A DNA stretch of 32,465 bases from a virus: the IMG/VR virus record IMGVR_UViG_3300000969_000004, positions 1 through 32,465 of that record. One strand, written 5' to 3'. Below, piece by piece: positions 1 through 9,344 of this stretch. Each line of letters begins with the position of its first letter. The stretch's first letter is position 1. The position numbers were made by a program, and so were the translations under genes. The notes below the pieces were generated by a model. The model was not told the origin of the DNA, ran no database searches, and was given only the letters and a program-made list of their open reading frames with translations.

Positions 1-60
1 TGATCAGACTCAGCAAACGGCTAATTTAGCAGCTGGTGCAAACTTCATGAAGGCATTAAG
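1..60. repeat. terminal direct repeat, copy 1 (exact 60-mer also at 32406-32465)
   Basis: Bases 1-60 (tgatcagactcagcaaacgg...gaaggcattaag) are identical to the last 60 bases of the window. The reading frame of the gene starting at 31999 runs straight through the repeat. Confidence 0.95.
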
Positions 61-217
61 TTCAGCGATCAATACATTCCATTTATCTGGTTCAAACTTA
101 GAGATCATTGAGTTTGTTAGTAACCCAGAGAATCAGCAAAACTTTTTGTTTTTGTTAGCGGATGTAGCTCCTGGAATCAAGGCTTACCAGTTTATAATAG
201 CAGGGGTTAGTTACTAA
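2..217 (+). CDS. C-terminal part of a virion-module hypothetical protein whose N-terminal part is at 31999-32465 (split by linearisation)
   Basis: Frame 2 is open from base 2 to TAA at 215-217 (DQTQQTANLAAGANFMKALSS...IIAGVSY*). It is in frame with 31999.. once the 60-bp overlap is collapsed (407+217 nt = 208 codons). Not in the ORF track because there is no start codon in this part. Confidence 0.75.
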   Translation, partial: DQTQQTANLAAGANFMKALSSAINTFHLSGSNLEIIEFVSNPENQQNFLFLLADVAPGIKAYQFIIAGVSY

Positions 218-828
218 TGTTTTATGATTTCTTGCATTGGATAGAGCCTGGTTTTTTTTGGTACGTTATACTGAATGTGTGTCTTGGTCTTGGGCTATCT
301 GTATATAAGAGAGACGCAATGTGGGCTTTGATGTTTTTTTCAAGCTCGTTATTTATGATACCGATGTTAATCATACTAATGTATGCAACGTTTCTTTATT
401 TATTTTTGGCTTTGCCACTACGGGCGGTAGGTAGGTGCTTTGAGCATAATTCGAAAAGATTTGTTTTGGATAAGACGGGCGTCTTAAGGTACCGAGGCAT
501 CGGTTGGAAGGTGGCCCTGTATTCTAGGAATATCGCTTTAAGCATAACAGATCAAGGGGTTGCTACTTTGCTCGGCCAAAGTCCAGACATCTCAATCAGT
601 GAGGCGCTAGGTTTAGCGGCGATAATGCATGAGCAAGGTACAGCGCACTCTAGTCCCTTTGTTCTAAAATTCGGCAAATTTGTGGACTGGCTTTTTTACA
701 ATAAACTATGGAAGATTGAAGAGAACCATATTCGTAGTTCTATAGATCATGGTGAGAGCTGGAGACATACTATAAATCATTGGCATTTTACGGATGCTGA
801 TACAAACTCAAGAAGTCTGGAGAATTAA
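217..828 (+). CDS. integral membrane protein, function unknown (about 3 TM helices plus a soluble C-terminal domain)
   Basis: Hydrophobic stretches FFWYVILNVCLGLGLSV and ALMFFSSSLFMIPMLIILMYATFLYLFLALPL. The ATG overlaps the upstream stop (TAATG) and the stop abuts the next ATG (TAAATG), so it is translationally embedded in the structural operon. Confidence 0.6.
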   Translation: MFYDFLHWIEPGFFWYVILNVCLGLGLSVYKRDAMWALMFFSSSLFMIPMLIILMYATFLYLFLALPLRAVGRCFEHNSKRFVLDKTGVLRYRGIGWKVALYSRNIALSITDQGVATLLGQSPDISISEALGLAAIMHEQGTAHSSPFVLKFGKFVDWLFYNKLWKIEENHIRSSIDHGESWRHTINHWHFTDADTNSRSLEN

Positions 829-2115
829 ATGGCAGTATTTCCAAACTTAAAGCACGATGATTGTGTTCAAGTGTGTGATTGCATAAGGTTTGATGCATCA
901 AAAAGTGTGATAACTGCCCCACACCAAGAGTCAGACGTAACTATGGTTGAGATATCAGCAGATGGTTTAAACTTTCAGGTCGTGCATGATTCTTCTGGCA
1001 ATAGAGTTTACAAGAAAGACTGGCACCTAGATTGGTGCTATGAATCTATTGAACCGCCAGAGGGTCCACCAGCAGAGCCTGTTGGTATAATAGAAAACAA
1101 TATACAAGTTCCTACAAACGCAACGACCGCATTAAGTGGTTCTAATGTAGGTTTTGGTCAGACATATGTGGCTACACAAAGTGGAGATTTAGATTATTTT
1201 GAAATTAATCTTCAGAATTTATCTGGTAGTGCGGGTCAGTTATTCTTAGAGGTAAGAGCTTTAGATAACGATGGGAATCCAACGATTCTAGATGCAGCAG
1301 CGTCTGCCCCAGTGGATATAGTTTCAATACCTAATGATAATATGAATCTAGTGAGGTTTGATTTTGCTCCAGGTTTTGAGGTACTGGCGGGTCAGACATA
1401 TTACTTTGCGGTATTATCGGTTGGCCGTATTGGAACTTTGATTTCGCACTTTGATTCAAGCGTTGAGTTGGGTGGTCAGTTTCGTTTTACAATATCCGCT
1501 CCGGCAGTTGGCCAGACTGAGAACGTATATTCATTTCAAGATGAGTCTTTGAGTTTTAACGTAGGACTTTTAGAAGTTTCAGATGAGCCGACATTTACTG
1601 GTGTTATTGGTTCAGCTACACCTTGTGTTAGAATCACGTTATCAGACGGAACAAAGTTTGAGAAAAAAAGTGAGATTGAGATTAAGACCGAGCAAGAGGA
1701 TTGCTTGTTTTCAGATGACAATGATTTAGTTGAGCATGAGCACGATATTTTAGAATGGTTACCAGAGGGTCGATCAAGTTTCATATATGTTCATCGGAGG
1801 GCTAAATCTAGGATCTTTGCCTGGTTAGAGGAGCGCGGGTTTAGGGATTGCAATGGTAAGCCGTTTACAAAAGAAGATGTTTTTAAGAGGGAAGAGTTTA
1901 AGGAGTGGTCGACGTTTTTAGCATTAAGGTTGATCTTTAACTTTGTCTCTAATTCTAATGGCGACATTTATCAGGAGAAGTATCGGGAGTATTGTAAGTT
2001 TGAGGCGGATGCTAGAACTAGGATGTACTCTTTAGATATTGATGGGGACGGTGTTCAGGATAAAAATGAGCATGGTTCAGTTAGTTTACGAACAGGGTTA
2101 TTGGTTAGAGGGTGA
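829..2115 (+). CDS. hypothetical virion-module protein (428 aa), possible connector or adaptor with an N-terminal beta-rich domain
   Basis: Long ORF tightly packed between structural genes. The stop overlaps the next start (GTGA at 2112-2115). No motif I can name, so the function is positional only. Confidence 0.55.
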   Translation: MAVFPNLKHDDCVQVCDCIRFDASKSVITAPHQESDVTMVEISADGLNFQVVHDSSGNRVYKKDWHLDWCYESIEPPEGPPAEPVGIIENNIQVPTNATTALSGSNVGFGQTYVATQSGDLDYFEINLQNLSGSAGQLFLEVRALDNDGNPTILDAAASAPVDIVSIPNDNMNLVRFDFAPGFEVLAGQTYYFAVLSVGRIGTLISHFDSSVELGGQFRFTISAPAVGQTENVYSFQDESLSFNVGLLEVSDEPTFTGVIGSATPCVRITLSDGTKFEKKSEIEIKTEQEDCLFSDDNDLVEHEHDILEWLPEGRSSFIYVHRRAKSRIFAWLEERGFRDCNGKPFTKEDVFKREEFKEWSTFLALRLIFNFVSNSNGDIYQEKYREYCKFEADARTRMYSLDIDGDGVQDKNEHGSVSLRTGLLVRG

Positions 2116-2546
2116 GTATAACTAAGGTGTTACCTTATTTCAGGGATTGTTTATGCTCCATCGGTTTAGAGGAGTGGACGGCTGAGGTTACAAGTGATGA
2201 ACCTCCTAATACTACAGTAGATAGGAACTTCACTCTAAACTTGGGAAACATACTAGCAGAGGCCGTTAATCATACATCATTTGAGTATAGGGTTCCGGTT
2301 ACGGTTATTTTGTATGCAAAGACATTTCGTTCGCAGATTGAGGGAGTGGATTGTCTTATTGAAAAAGTAGAAGAGGCAAATTGTTGCTTGCTTGATTTAG
2401 TTAAGAGATATCAGGCTGAGCAGAACAATATAAAGGCTGTTGTTCCAACTAGTGTGAGCTTTGAGCCTATAAGTGTGACAAATGATAATGTCTTGAAGGC
2501 TGTTATGGACTTTGAGGTTGTGTTGCATGTTGAGTATAGAAATTAA
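2112..2546 (+). CDS. hypothetical protein, positional candidate for tail completion or terminator
   Basis: 144-aa ORF immediately upstream of the putative tail tube gene. Non-ATG start (GTG) overlaps the upstream stop. Confidence 0.45.
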   Translation: MSITKVLPYFRDCLCSIGLEEWTAEVTSDEPPNTTVDRNFTLNLGNILAEAVNHTSFEYRVPVTVILYAKTFRSQIEGVDCLIEKVEEANCCLLDLVKRYQAEQNNIKAVVPTSVSFEPISVTNDNVLKAVMDFEVVLHVEYRN

Positions 2547-2587
2547 ATTTTACCATCATGGTGATGGCAATTAAAAAGGAGATATAA

Positions 2588-3484
2588 ATGGCAGGACAGT
2601 ATAATGCTGGTAATGTGAAAATCGCGCCCCATGATGCGTATTATGAGGCTAAGGAAACAGTTTGTGTTAGTTTCGCTGGAATGTTACCAGCAGATTTAGC
2701 AGACACCTATTTCACCATTTGGGGTGAAGATAACATTGAATATAACGTTTGGTTTAACCTAGATGGTGCCGGAGTTGCTCCAGCTGCAGCAGCTGGTACA
2801 TTGGTTGAAGTTGCTATCGCAACTGGTGACACTGCAGAGAGCATGGCAGCTACTTTAGCCGGATTAGCAGTGGGTAACTATACTTTATCATTAGATGGTC
2901 TTTTGGTATTTTTTGTTAACAACACAATGCTTGAAGTTCAGAACGTAGCGTCTGATAACACTTCTGGTCTTGGTGTAGATGTATTAACTCGTGGTGGAAA
3001 TGTTTTCTTAGGTCTTATTGACGGAGATATTTCTATCACTCCTTCAACTACTACTGCATCAGTGAATTCGCATCAGACAGGCACAACTCCTTTGAGCTTA
3101 TTAATTCAAGGTGTTGAAGCTACGGTTGAATTGACTCTTTTAGAGTGCACTAAGTCTTTGTATAATGACATGATCAGGCTTTCTGGTGGTTCGGTATTTA
3201 CACCAGATGGTGGTACAGAGGTTGCCGGTTATGGAACAGGTGCAGTTGGTACAAGCGCTATTTTATCTGCTCGTACTTTGCGACTTCACCCTGTGTCTTT
3301 GGCAGCAGATGATTATTCATGTGATTGGTATTTTTGGAAAGCTAGACCAGAAGTTGGCGGAATCACAATTAGCGGTGAAAACCCTCAGACACTTCCACTT
3401 ACATTTACAGCATTTCCTGATACTACCAAAGAATCAGCTATTGATGTTTTTGTTTACGGAGACGGATCGCAAAGCGGTCTTTAA
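2588..3484 (+). CDS. major tail tube protein (positional call)
   Basis: Strong SD (aaaaAGGAGatataaATG). The 298-aa Ala/Gly/Thr-rich protein lies directly upstream of the G/GT chaperone pair and the tape measure, which is the canonical siphovirus order. Confidence 0.6.
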   Translation: MAGQYNAGNVKIAPHDAYYEAKETVCVSFAGMLPADLADTYFTIWGEDNIEYNVWFNLDGAGVAPAAAAGTLVEVAIATGDTAESMAATLAGLAVGNYTLSLDGLLVFFVNNTMLEVQNVASDNTSGLGVDVLTRGGNVFLGLIDGDISITPSTTTASVNSHQTGTTPLSLLIQGVEATVELTLLECTKSLYNDMIRLSGGSVFTPDGGTEVAGYGTGAVGTSAILSARTLRLHPVSLAADDYSCDWYFWKARPEVGGITISGENPQTLPLTFTAFPDTTKESAIDVFVYGDGSQSGL

Positions 3485-3512
3485 TATTTAATCTCATCAT
3501 TGGAGGTACATT

Positions 3513-3788
3513 ATGAGTGAGAGTTTAGTTATAGATGTGGCGGCCGAAAAGGTCGCCGCTAAAGTAAAAACAGAAGACGGTAAGATCTATGAGATCTTAT
3601 CGCCAACGCTTGAGGTTGCTAAGGATTTTGAAAAGCTTTTAAAAGAAGGCGAGAAATTAAATCCAGAGGATCTTTTGTTGGCATATTCTAAAATTGGATT
3701 ACCCATTGAGGTTGGAAAGAAATTGCCTATGAAAGTTTTAAAGAAAATAGGTGAGAGCTTAAGTGGTGATCAGACAGGAAAAAAGTAA
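3513..3788 (+). CDS. tail assembly chaperone, G-like (zero-frame product)
   Basis: SD GGAGG 6 nt upstream of the ATG. The 91-aa acidic protein ends ...GGA AAA AAG TAA, with the slippery heptamer just before the stop, and sits directly upstream of the tape measure. Confidence 0.8.
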   Translation: MSESLVIDVAAEKVAAKVKTEDGKIYEILSPTLEVAKDFEKLLKEGEKLNPEDLLLAYSKIGLPIEVGKKLPMKVLKKIGESLSGDQTGKK

Positions 3789-4093
3789 GCCAGCTTTTTT
3801 ATGTTGGTGCTAGCCTCTGTTATTACTACGGATTTAGTCATAAAGAGGTTAACAGTATGGACCTATCAACGGTTATGGATTACTGGAAAGCGCTTAAAGC
3901 ACTTAGAGCAGGTGATGCTAAGACGATGGTTGAGACTTCACTTTATCCCCACCTTAAAGATAATAGGGACAGGGAGAAGGTTCAGAGATCTCTTATGCAG
4001 TCATACACTTTGAATGTAAGTGATGGCGATTACGTAAAAGAGCGAGAGTTTGAGAAAATATTAAGTGAGCGTAGGAAGTTAAAAGATGAATGA
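3513..4093 (+). CDS. tail assembly chaperone, GT-like fusion made by -1 frameshift at 3779-3785
   Basis: After a -1 slip the frame reads gta agc cag ctt ... agt atg with no stop from 3785 to 4093. This is the frame of track ORF 3857-4093. Its end overlaps the tape-measure start (ATGAATGA). Confidence 0.75.
3779..3785 (+). promoter_or_regulatory. -1 programmed ribosomal frameshift slippery heptamer A_AAA_AAG
   Basis: Zero-frame codons are GG[A AAA AAG] TAA, the same X_XXY_YYZ heptamer as in E. coli dnaX. It lies 1 nt before the G stop codon. Confidence 0.75.
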
Positions 4094-6683
4094 ACAGATC
4101 GTAGTTGAACTGATACTAGATGATGGAAATTCTAGGACTATATTTTCTGGAATAGAGAATCAGGCAACTCGATCTGGTACTGAAGTTGGCGAGAACTTAG
4201 AACGCGGTATACGAACAGGTGGATCAAGGGCAGTTGGTTTCTTGAGAACCCAGTTCGCTGCTTTTGCAGGATCCATTGCAGGCCTAATTGCAGTTCGGTC
4301 AGTTGTTTCTGAGCTTGCGAGTTTAGAGACGGCCTTTGCAGAAGTTGCGACCATTTTGCCAGACGTTACTGATGCAAACGATGAGCTTCGCCAGTCTTTT
4401 TTAAACAACGCCGGTGTTTTTGGTGGTTCAGCCACTGGGCAAGCTCGGGCCTTTTATCAGGTTGTTTCGGCTGGGATCACAGATGCTACAACGGCAAGCG
4501 AAACATTATTTGCAGCCAACCAGTTGGCCATCGGTGGTTTGACTAGTACAGAGAGTGCGATCGGGTTATTGACCACGGTTGTTAATACATATGGAATGGA
4601 AAACATAAGTGCTGCAATGGCTGCCGATGTTTTGTTTGGTACGGTGAGGCTTGGTCGTACAACTGTTGAGGAGCTTTCATCATCGCTTGGTTCGGTGTTA
4701 CCTAGTGCTCAAGCTTTAGGTGTGAGTTTTGAAGATGTAAGTGCGGCATTAGCAGCGCTTACGACCAGGGGTGTTTCAACAGGTCAGGCTACGACTCAGT
4801 TAAATGCAATATTCACAGCGCTACTTAGAAACCAAAGAGTAGCGGCGATGCTTGGCCCAGAGGTGGCAGATGCGTTTAGTTTACAATCGCTTGAGACCAT
4901 GGATTTGGATGTTTTTTTACGAAACTTGGTTGATTCGCTAGGCGGATCAAATGAGCAGCTTGTTCAGCTACTTGGAAGGGTAGAGGGTGCAATGGGTATT
5001 ATCACTTTGGCGGGTGATGATTTTAGAACGCTTTCAAATAATATTTCAGAGTTAGAGAACTCGACAGGTGCTGCGGCAGCGGCATTTGATGTAATTAATA
5101 ATACAGTTGGTCAGCAGGCATCGAGAATTGTGCCATTGATTACAAGTATATTTTCTCAACTAGCATCGGGATCAGGTGGTTTAATATTTGGAGTTGTTTC
5201 AAATATAGCATCTGGTCTTCAGACGCTTAATGAAAATTTTAATGCAGTTGCTCAAGTGGTTTCCAATACCACCAGATTCTTTGTTAGCTTCATTGCGGCC
5301 ACTCAAGTTTTACCAGCGTTGATTGGTGGTATTGCTTCAGGGATTTCTTTTTTAGGTGTTGCGTTTAGAAGTGTTCAGGCTGGGATTGTTTCTTTTAGAG
5401 TAAATTTAACTGCGCTAATAAGTGGTGTTAGAACGGGAGCGATTAGTTTAACTAGTTTTGGCGCTGGGTTATCTAGTTTAAATGTTAGAGCAAGGCTTGC
5501 GAGTCTCGGACTTAATGTTTTGAGAGCAACAGTTAGGTTAACTGGTTTAGCTTTAACTCTTGGATTAACGCTTGCAATCGAGGCCGTGATAATAGCTGTG
5601 GGGCAGTTGATCGATAATTTTGGTGGCATCGGCAATGTGTTGAGGTTTGTAGTTCTATTTGCAAGGGAAAGATTCAACGATCTAACTTTAGCCGTGATTG
5701 ATTTTCTTGATAGACTCACAGAGATACCAATCATTGGTTCCAGGATAGAAAGCGCTCTGGGCGGAACGTTTGATAGGATCAGGGATAATGCTCGTTCAAA
5801 CTTAGATGACATAGCACAAGGATTTGATGACTTAGACGCGAGAGCAGCTATGGCAAGGCTTGAAGGAATGCCCCAGGGTGCAGCGCTTGGTAGTGCAGCG
5901 CCTCAGGTACCTGCTCCTAATATGCAGATGCCACCGGGTGCAAATACATTGATGCCAGATTTGGAAATGCCAAATGTAGAAGAGCAGACTCGTCAATTAG
6001 AAGATTTAGCCAGGAGACCAGCGCAGGCTTTACAAGCGGCAACGCAGACGGCACTTGTAGGATCGACAGAAGCGGTAACTTCAGGTTTTGAGCAACAGGT
6101 GAATGTTGCAGAGGTTGCCTGGAGCAGGATCGCTGAATTCATAGGTATACAGGGTCAGGAAATACAGGCAACTCAAGAGCAGCTTTCAGCAAGTACTGCA
6201 CAAGCTTTTAGAAGAATAGGTTCAGCCGCAGTTGAAGGATTAGGGCGATCTTTTGAATCAGTTGGCAGAGCACTTATTACTGGAGAGAACGCATTTGAGG
6301 CTTTTGGTAGATCGGTGCTTAATGTGCTTGGGGATATCGCTCTTCAGGCTGGGGCTTTGTACACAGCTCTTGGTTTTGCTTCTGGAAACTTTGCGCAAGC
6401 AGCTCTTGGTATTGGTCTTACAGTTTTGGGTGGAGCGATTAAAGCTTTGGCTGGAACCGGTGGGGGCTCAAGTCCTACTCCAGTTAGTGACGGTGGAGCA
6501 ATTTCAGGGGGGATAGACTCAAATCCCATCGATGGTAATTTGAGTCCGATTAACGGGGACGTGTCCACTGGTTCCCAGGTTAGTGTTGTGGTTAACGGAG
6601 ATATTTTTGATTCGGAAGAAACTGGCCTTAGAATCTCTAGAATCCTTAGAGATCAGGGATTTCAGAATGCGGTGGTAGCTTAA
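4086..6683 (+). CDS. tail tape measure protein (TP901-type core region)
   Basis: 865 aa. The N-terminal third has the pattern typical of the TP901-family tape-measure core (FGGSATGQARAFYQVVSAGI...GLLTTVVNTYGM...TVEELSSSLGSVLPSAQALGVSFEDVSAALAALTTRGVSTGQATTQLNAIF). It also has hydrophobic Gly/Ala-rich segments and follows the G/GT pair. Confidence 0.9.
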   Translation: MNEQIVVELILDDGNSRTIFSGIENQATRSGTEVGENLERGIRTGGSRAVGFLRTQFAAFAGSIAGLIAVRSVVSELASLETAFAEVATILPDVTDANDELRQSFLNNAGVFGGSATGQARAFYQVVSAGITDATTASETLFAANQLAIGGLTSTESAIGLLTTVVNTYGMENISAAMAADVLFGTVRLGRTTVEELSSSLGSVLPSAQALGVSFEDVSAALAALTTRGVSTGQATTQLNAIFTALLRNQRVAAMLGPEVADAFSLQSLETMDLDVFLRNLVDSLGGSNEQLVQLLGRVEGAMGIITLAGDDFRTLSNNISELENSTGAAAAAFDVINNTVGQQASRIVPLITSIFSQLASGSGGLIFGVVSNIASGLQTLNENFNAVAQVVSNTTRFFVSFIAATQVLPALIGGIASGISFLGVAFRSVQAGIVSFRVNLTALISGVRTGAISLTSFGAGLSSLNVRARLASLGLNVLRATVRLTGLALTLGLTLAIEAVIIAVGQLIDNFGGIGNVLRFVVLFARERFNDLTLAVIDFLDRLTEIPIIGSRIESALGGTFDRIRDNARSNLDDIAQGFDDLDARAAMARLEGMPQGAALGSAAPQVPAPNMQMPPGANTLMPDLEMPNVEEQTRQLEDLARRPAQALQAATQTALVGSTEAVTSGFEQQVNVAEVAWSRIAEFIGIQGQEIQATQEQLSASTAQAFRRIGSAAVEGLGRSFESVGRALITGENAFEAFGRSVLNVLGDIALQAGALYTALGFASGNFAQAALGIGLTVLGGAIKALAGTGGGSSPTPVSDGGAISGGIDSNPIDGNLSPINGDVSTGSQVSVVVNGDIFDSEETGLRISRILRDQGFQNAVVA

Positions 6684-7472
6684 ATGATTGATACTTGGAG
6701 TGTTTTTAACTTTGGATTTAAAATCGATGCACAGCCATTTAATGGTTTTATCAACTTGGATGAAGGCTCTGGACCTATTACGGTTGAGCTTCCAGTAGGA
6801 TCATTCACTCTTTCATCACTTGTTGTGGTTTTAAGAAACGCTCTTAACACTCAAGGTTCCCTGAATTACGATGTTGTTTTTGATCGAACAACTCACAGGT
6901 TTACAATAAGTGCAGATCAGCCATTTGATCTTTTGCTAAACAGCGGACAGAATTCATTTTTAACAGCTCTTAGGTTATATGGATTCTCAAGTGATCAGGA
7001 TCTTTTGGGTCAGACAAGTTACATGTCTAATGCATCTGTGGGTGAAAGATATTATCCTCAATTTAAGTTACAAGATTTCGTGGCACCGGAAAATTTACAA
7101 CAAAGAAATCAGTCGTCTAAAAACGTGGCTAGTGATGGCACGACCATTGAGGTTGTTAACTTCGGTTTGGCTAAGTTTATAGAATTAAACTTGAGATACA
7201 TACACTCGGTCAGTGGGATAGCCGATGGGTTTTTTATTAGGAAAAACCCTAGGGGTTTAGAGGATGCACAGAGGTTTTTGCAGTTCATAACTGAGCTTAA
7301 CGAGTTTGAATTTGTGCCTGATGTTGACCGTCCGGGTTTTTTATATAGAGTTATAGTTGAGAGCATGCCAGAGTTTAGGGACGGTACAGGTTACCGTTTA
7401 AGGGAATTGTTCGCTCAGAACTTAAGGGATGTCTTTGAGACTGGGATAATTAGATTAAGGGTTATTGATTAG
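6684..7472 (+). CDS. minor tail protein, positional candidate for distal tail protein
   Basis: 262-aa ORF starting at the base after the tape-measure stop (TAAATG). Confidence 0.45.
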   Translation: MIDTWSVFNFGFKIDAQPFNGFINLDEGSGPITVELPVGSFTLSSLVVVLRNALNTQGSLNYDVVFDRTTHRFTISADQPFDLLLNSGQNSFLTALRLYGFSSDQDLLGQTSYMSNASVGERYYPQFKLQDFVAPENLQQRNQSSKNVASDGTTIEVVNFGLAKFIELNLRYIHSVSGIADGFFIRKNPRGLEDAQRFLQFITELNEFEFVPDVDRPGFLYRVIVESMPEFRDGTGYRLRELFAQNLRDVFETGIIRLRVID

Positions 7473-7487
7473 TATTAGGGGTGATTT

Positions 7488-9344
7488 ATGGCAGTTTCTG
7501 ATGGTCAGCGGGCCAATCAACAAACATTTAATGATGCGTTCTTGTCAAGGACTCAAGATTCCGACACCGTTTCAGTAGTTGGTTTAAATCATCCTACTAG
7601 TGGACCGCTCATTCCAGATGCCCAGCAAAAAATTAATGATATAGACGGCGCGACTGTAGTCAACGCCGGTGCGATTGCAATTCTAGATGCGACTAAGCAA
7701 AATATTTCTGAAAAAGATATGCCTGGTGGTTATCCAGGTCTTGATGCAGATGGTAGGATTAGTCCACAAGCTTTGCCATTTGAGGCGGTCGAATATCAAG
7801 GGACTTGGGATGCTAGTACAAATACGCCAGCACTTTCGGATGGTGTGGGCGACATTGGTGATTTGTTTAGAGTAAATGCGGCAGGGACTCAGACTTTTAA
7901 TGGCGTAGCCACAGAGTTTGAGATCGGTGATGTGATCATTTATAACGGTACGGTTTGGGAGAGAAACTTAGGCTCAACTATTGGTTCAATTGATGATTTA
8001 AATGATGTAGACATTACGACGACCGCAATAAATGATGGTCAGGGCTTAGTTTGGGACGCTACTAATAATCAGTTTGTTCCAGGTAGTGCTTCAGGTCGAT
8101 CTAATATTCAGTTGATTGCGCCAAGCCCTGCAGCTGTTAGTTACGATGATACTTCTAATCAGCTAACTTTAAGTAATGATATTTTTGTTCTTCTTCCAGG
8201 CGCGGCACCGGGTGCCCATACAATTGAGGCTCAGTCGCTTGCCCTTGGTGCAAGTGGGGCAGATGTTGTTTATATACAGACCGATATAGCTAATGCCGAC
8301 GGTACGGTTGTGCCACTTATGGTCAGTGACGCGATTAGCTTTGCCGATTCACCGGACAAAGTAATCGTTGCAGTTAGAGAGGGTAGTGAGTTATTCTTTG
8401 GGATAACGGATCCGCAAAGAGTTTCAGATGGTGAGACTGTGTCTCTTCAAGCTGGATCCAGTGTTGTACAAACTAACGTTATACAAGAAAATATATTGAG
8501 TTTGAACGTGACCGCGAATGGGACGATTGGCGAGTTAACTTTTAATAATTTATCTATTGGAAAAACTTATCATTTGCGCGGTCACGTTCGTTTAGTAATT
8601 GATGTTGCTGAACCAGATATAACTGCAACATTAAATGTTGTTCACTCTGGGTCTATAATAGATCAAAAATCATTCACGATTAATGAGGCTTCAAATACTG
8701 GTAACGACAGTGTGTCCGTAGCCTTTAACCAAACGTTTGTAGCGACGTCTACGGTTTTAGAGTTTGAGGCACAAAGTGCGTCCCCCGGGTCAGTGATCGT
8801 TGGTAATGGTTCAAGGGGCGTGACACTTGTTCAGATTGAGGAGCGCAATGATCTTCTTGGTCCAATCATACCTCAAAGCCAGTTGAATCGGACCGCTCCT
8901 CTTTATATTGAGTCTCCAGATTTTTCTTTTAATACGCTAAGTCCAGTTATAGGCGCATGGCATGATTTAGAAGCTTCCTGGTTTTTGAATATTTCTCCAG
9001 GTGTTTGGGATTTAGAGGCGACTGTTACTATGCAATCGCGTGCGGTTAGCGGAACAGGTTTTAACTTGATCGCGTTAACTAATGCAGCAAATGCAGCTGC
9101 ACACGTATCAGCCAATACTATAATGAGTGATGTTGGTCCTCTTTATACAACGACGCGAGATCTCACCACGCATAGGCTTAGAATTAGAAATTATTCGACC
9201 ACAAGTAATGAGGTCATCAGGCTTATTGCTTTTATCGGAAACTTTGCTGGGCTTGGTGGATTATCAGAGTTTAGTTTAAGGAATAATTTGTTTGGTTCGC
9301 TGGGGCCAGCGGTAATAAGCGCTAGAAAAATAGCGGACGTTTAG
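7488..9344 (+). CDS. tail fibre or receptor-binding-type protein
   Basis: SD GGGGTG. Contains the motif QGTWDASTNTPALSDGVGDIGDLFRVNAAGTQTFNGVATEFEIGDVIIYNGTVWER, which I recognise as a recurrent tail-fibre module (W-A-TN-P-L ... GD-Y-V ... GD-I-NG-W). Confidence 0.55.
   Translation: MAVSDGQRANQQTFNDAFLSRTQDSDTVSVVGLNHPTSGPLIPDAQQKINDIDGATVVNAGAIAILDATKQNISEKDMPGGYPGLDADGRISPQALPFEAVEYQGTWDASTNTPALSDGVGDIGDLFRVNAAGTQTFNGVATEFEIGDVIIYNGTVWERNLGSTIGSIDDLNDVDITTTAINDGQGLVWDATNNQFVPGSASGRSNIQLIAPSPAAVSYDDTSNQLTLSNDIFVLLPGAAPGAHTIEAQSLALGASGADVVYIQTDIANADGTVVPLMVSDAISFADSPDKVIVAVREGSELFFGITDPQRVSDGETVSLQAGSSVVQTNVIQENILSLNVTANGTIGELTFNNLSIGKTYHLRGHVRLVIDVAEPDITATLNVVHSGSIIDQKSFTINEASNTGNDSVSVAFNQTFVATSTVLEFEAQSASPGSVIVGNGSRGVTLVQIEERNDLLGPIIPQSQLNRTAPLYIESPDFSFNTLSPVIGAWHDLEASWFLNISPGVWDLEATVTMQSRAVSGTGFNLIALTNAANAAAHVSANTIMSDVGPLYTTTRDLTTHRLRIRNYSTTSNEVIRLIAFIGNFAGLGGLSEFSLRNNLFGSLGPAVISARKIADV

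Noticed and set aside
217-828. Zinc-metalloprotease (HEXXH) assignment for the membrane protein, from the string IMHEQGTAH.
   Set aside because: The spacing is H-E-x4-H, not H-E-x2-H, and there are no other peptidase motifs. I left it as function unknown.
1536-1784. Antisense and alternative-frame track ORFs nested inside long genes: 1536-1784(-), 3186-3491(+), 4160-4435(-), 5375-5812(-), 6253-6516(+), 6344-6568(-), 6979-7182(+), 7109-7366(-), 7687-7875(+), 8903-9115(-), 11102-11290(-), 12388-12600(-), 14885-15265(-), 18194-18403(-), 18531-18746(-), 18553-19146(+), 19501-19858(-), 23143-23385(-), 23872-24205, 25408-26314, 27976-28161(-), 28762-29163(+) and 29492-29689(-).
   Set aside because: Each lies wholly within a longer ORF that has recognisable motifs or better operon context. 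They lack SD sequences and have low-complexity or odd composition, so they are most likely shadow ORFs.
2553-2567. Small hairpin CCATCA-tgg-TGATGG before the tube gene, and TAGCC-gata-GGCTA (about 22933-22946) before terS, as intrinsic terminators.
   Set aside because: The stems are short (5-6 bp) and have no downstream U-tract. They are at most mRNA-stability or processing elements, which is not supportable from sequence alone.
3801-4013. Track ORFs 3801-4013 and 3857-4093 as independent genes downstream of the G chaperone.
   Set aside because: 3857-4093 is in the -1 frame, which is open all the way back to the slippery site, so it is better explained as the T part of GT. 3801-4013 is in the third frame, is Arg/Leu-rich and has no SD.
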